A DNA stretch of 64,000 nt from Planctomycetota bacterium (GTDB lineage: Bacteria > Planctomycetota > B15-G4): NCBI GenBank assembly GCA_038212275.1, contig JBBQUR010000012.1, positions 1-64,000 on the forward strand, written 5' to 3'. The notes beneath the pieces are model-generated. The model had not been told where the DNA came from. It made no database searches and was given only the letters and a program-made list of their open reading frames with translations. Each line of letters begins with the position of its first letter. Positions within the stretch are counted from its first letter, which is position 1. Shown here one piece after another: positions 63,038 to 64,000 of this stretch. The translations under genes were made by a program, and so were the position numbers.

Positions 63038-64000
63038 TTGAAGCTCCCGTCGGAAGCGCGCAAGGCGGCCTGGCGGATCAGCCTGCTCTTCGCGGCCTGC
63101 GGGCTGCTCTGGACAGCGCTCACGAGCTCCGGCTGGACGGACCGCGTGACCGGTGGCACCCGCGAGTTTTCGCCGGTGCACGCGGCGACCGACCTGACCT
63201 TCGTGCTGCTCGCCGCGGTGCTGCTGCACCGGCTGGTGGAGCACGGCTATGCGCGTGTGCGCCGCGCCGAGCAGCGCGAGCTCGACGCCCTGCAGAGCGG
63301 CTCGGATCGCTACCGCGATCTTTTCGAGAGCGCGACCGACATCCTGTGCACGCACGACTTCGACGGGCGGCTCACCACCTTGAATCGCGCCGGCGAACTG
63401 GCGCTCGGCCTCCCGCGCGAACAGGCCATCGGACGGTCGCTCGCTGACCTGGTGGCGCCCGAGGACCTGGAGGCCACTCAGGCGATGTTCGGTCGGGCGC
63501 GGCACGAAGGCGGTGCGATGCGCGCGAACATCCGGCTGATGTCGCAGGATGGCACCCGGATTCCCGTCGAAGTCTCCGCGCACACGATCGACCATCACGG
63601 CCGGCCCGTCGGCGTCCTGTGCATCGCGCGCGACGTGCGCCAGCGCCAGGAGCTGGAGGACCAGCTGCGACAGTCGCAGAAGATGGAGGCCATCGGACGG
63701 CTGGCGGCCGGCGTCGCACACGACCTCAACAATGCCTTCACTGCCATCGCGGGCTACGCGGGCCTCTCCGGATCGCGCCTGGCTCCCGACGATCCGGGCC
63801 AGGCCGAGCTGGCCGGCATCCTGCGCGCGACGGACCGCGCCACGGCGCTGACCAGGCAGTTGCTCGCCCTGAGCCGCCGGCAGCTCGTGACGCCCCGCGT
63901 GCTGGACCTCAACGTGGTGCTCATGGACCTCCAGCCGACGCTGCCGCGCCTGCTCGGCGAGGACATCGAGCTGATCATCGACCCGGCGGCGCAACCGGCC
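63038..64000 (+). CDS. Membrane PAS-domain sensor histidine kinase (3'-truncated by window edge)
   Basis: Two TM segments, PAS domain (YRDLFESATD...DFDGR...NRAG) and H-box QSQKMEAIGRLAAGVAHDLNN. Start (TTG 63038 or GTG 62969) is uncertain. Confidence 0.88.
   Translation, partial: MKLPSEARKAAWRISLLFAACGLLWTALTSSGWTDRVTGGTREFSPVHAATDLTFVLLAAVLLHRLVEHGYARVRRAEQRELDALQSGSDRYRDLFESATDILCTHDFDGRLTTLNRAGELALGLPREQAIGRSLADLVAPEDLEATQAMFGRARHEGGAMRANIRLMSQDGTRIPVEVSAHTIDHHGRPVGVLCIARDVRQRQELEDQLRQSQKMEAIGRLAAGVAHDLNNAFTAIAGYAGLSGSRLAPDDPGQAELAGILRATDRATALTRQLLALSRRQLVTPRVLDLNVVLMDLQPTLPRLLGEDIELIIDPAAQPA

Overview
High-GC bacterial chromosomal window. Gene content (ECF sigma factor plus Ser/Thr kinase pair, many exported HEAT-repeat and sulfatase-like proteins, Topo VI, futalosine-pathway mqnA) suggests Planctomycetota; this is inference. 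In order: the 3' part of an endonuclease-less group II intron inserted antisense into a lipoprotein gene; a GT39-like glycosyltransferase, gdhA, typA and a radical SAM gene; a 10-gene type IV-pilus/T2SS-like operon with three atypical pilins, a PilM-PilN-like fusion and a STAS protein coupled to a variant PilB/GspE ATPase, bracketed by two exported HEAT-repeat genes; an orphan ABC permease, a hypothetical and a sulfatase-like gene; an ECF/STK pair and an FKBP; top6B and top6A split by an exported prenyltransferase-repeat protein; mqnA, a TlpA-like gene and a sulfatase-like gene; a methionine block (NSS transporter plus small subunit, ferredoxin, SahR-like regulator with a visible operator, metH); a GldA/F/G-DUF4340-like ABC system with a double-length GldG; an M13 peptidase; a 1369-aa unknown exported protein; a thioredoxin/MsrA-like fusion; and a truncated PAS histidine kinase. 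Short tandem-repeat expansions (5-21 bp units) are unusually frequent, several in frame inside conserved genes. No tRNA, rRNA or CRISPR array was seen. All calls come from motif recognition by eye, without database searches.
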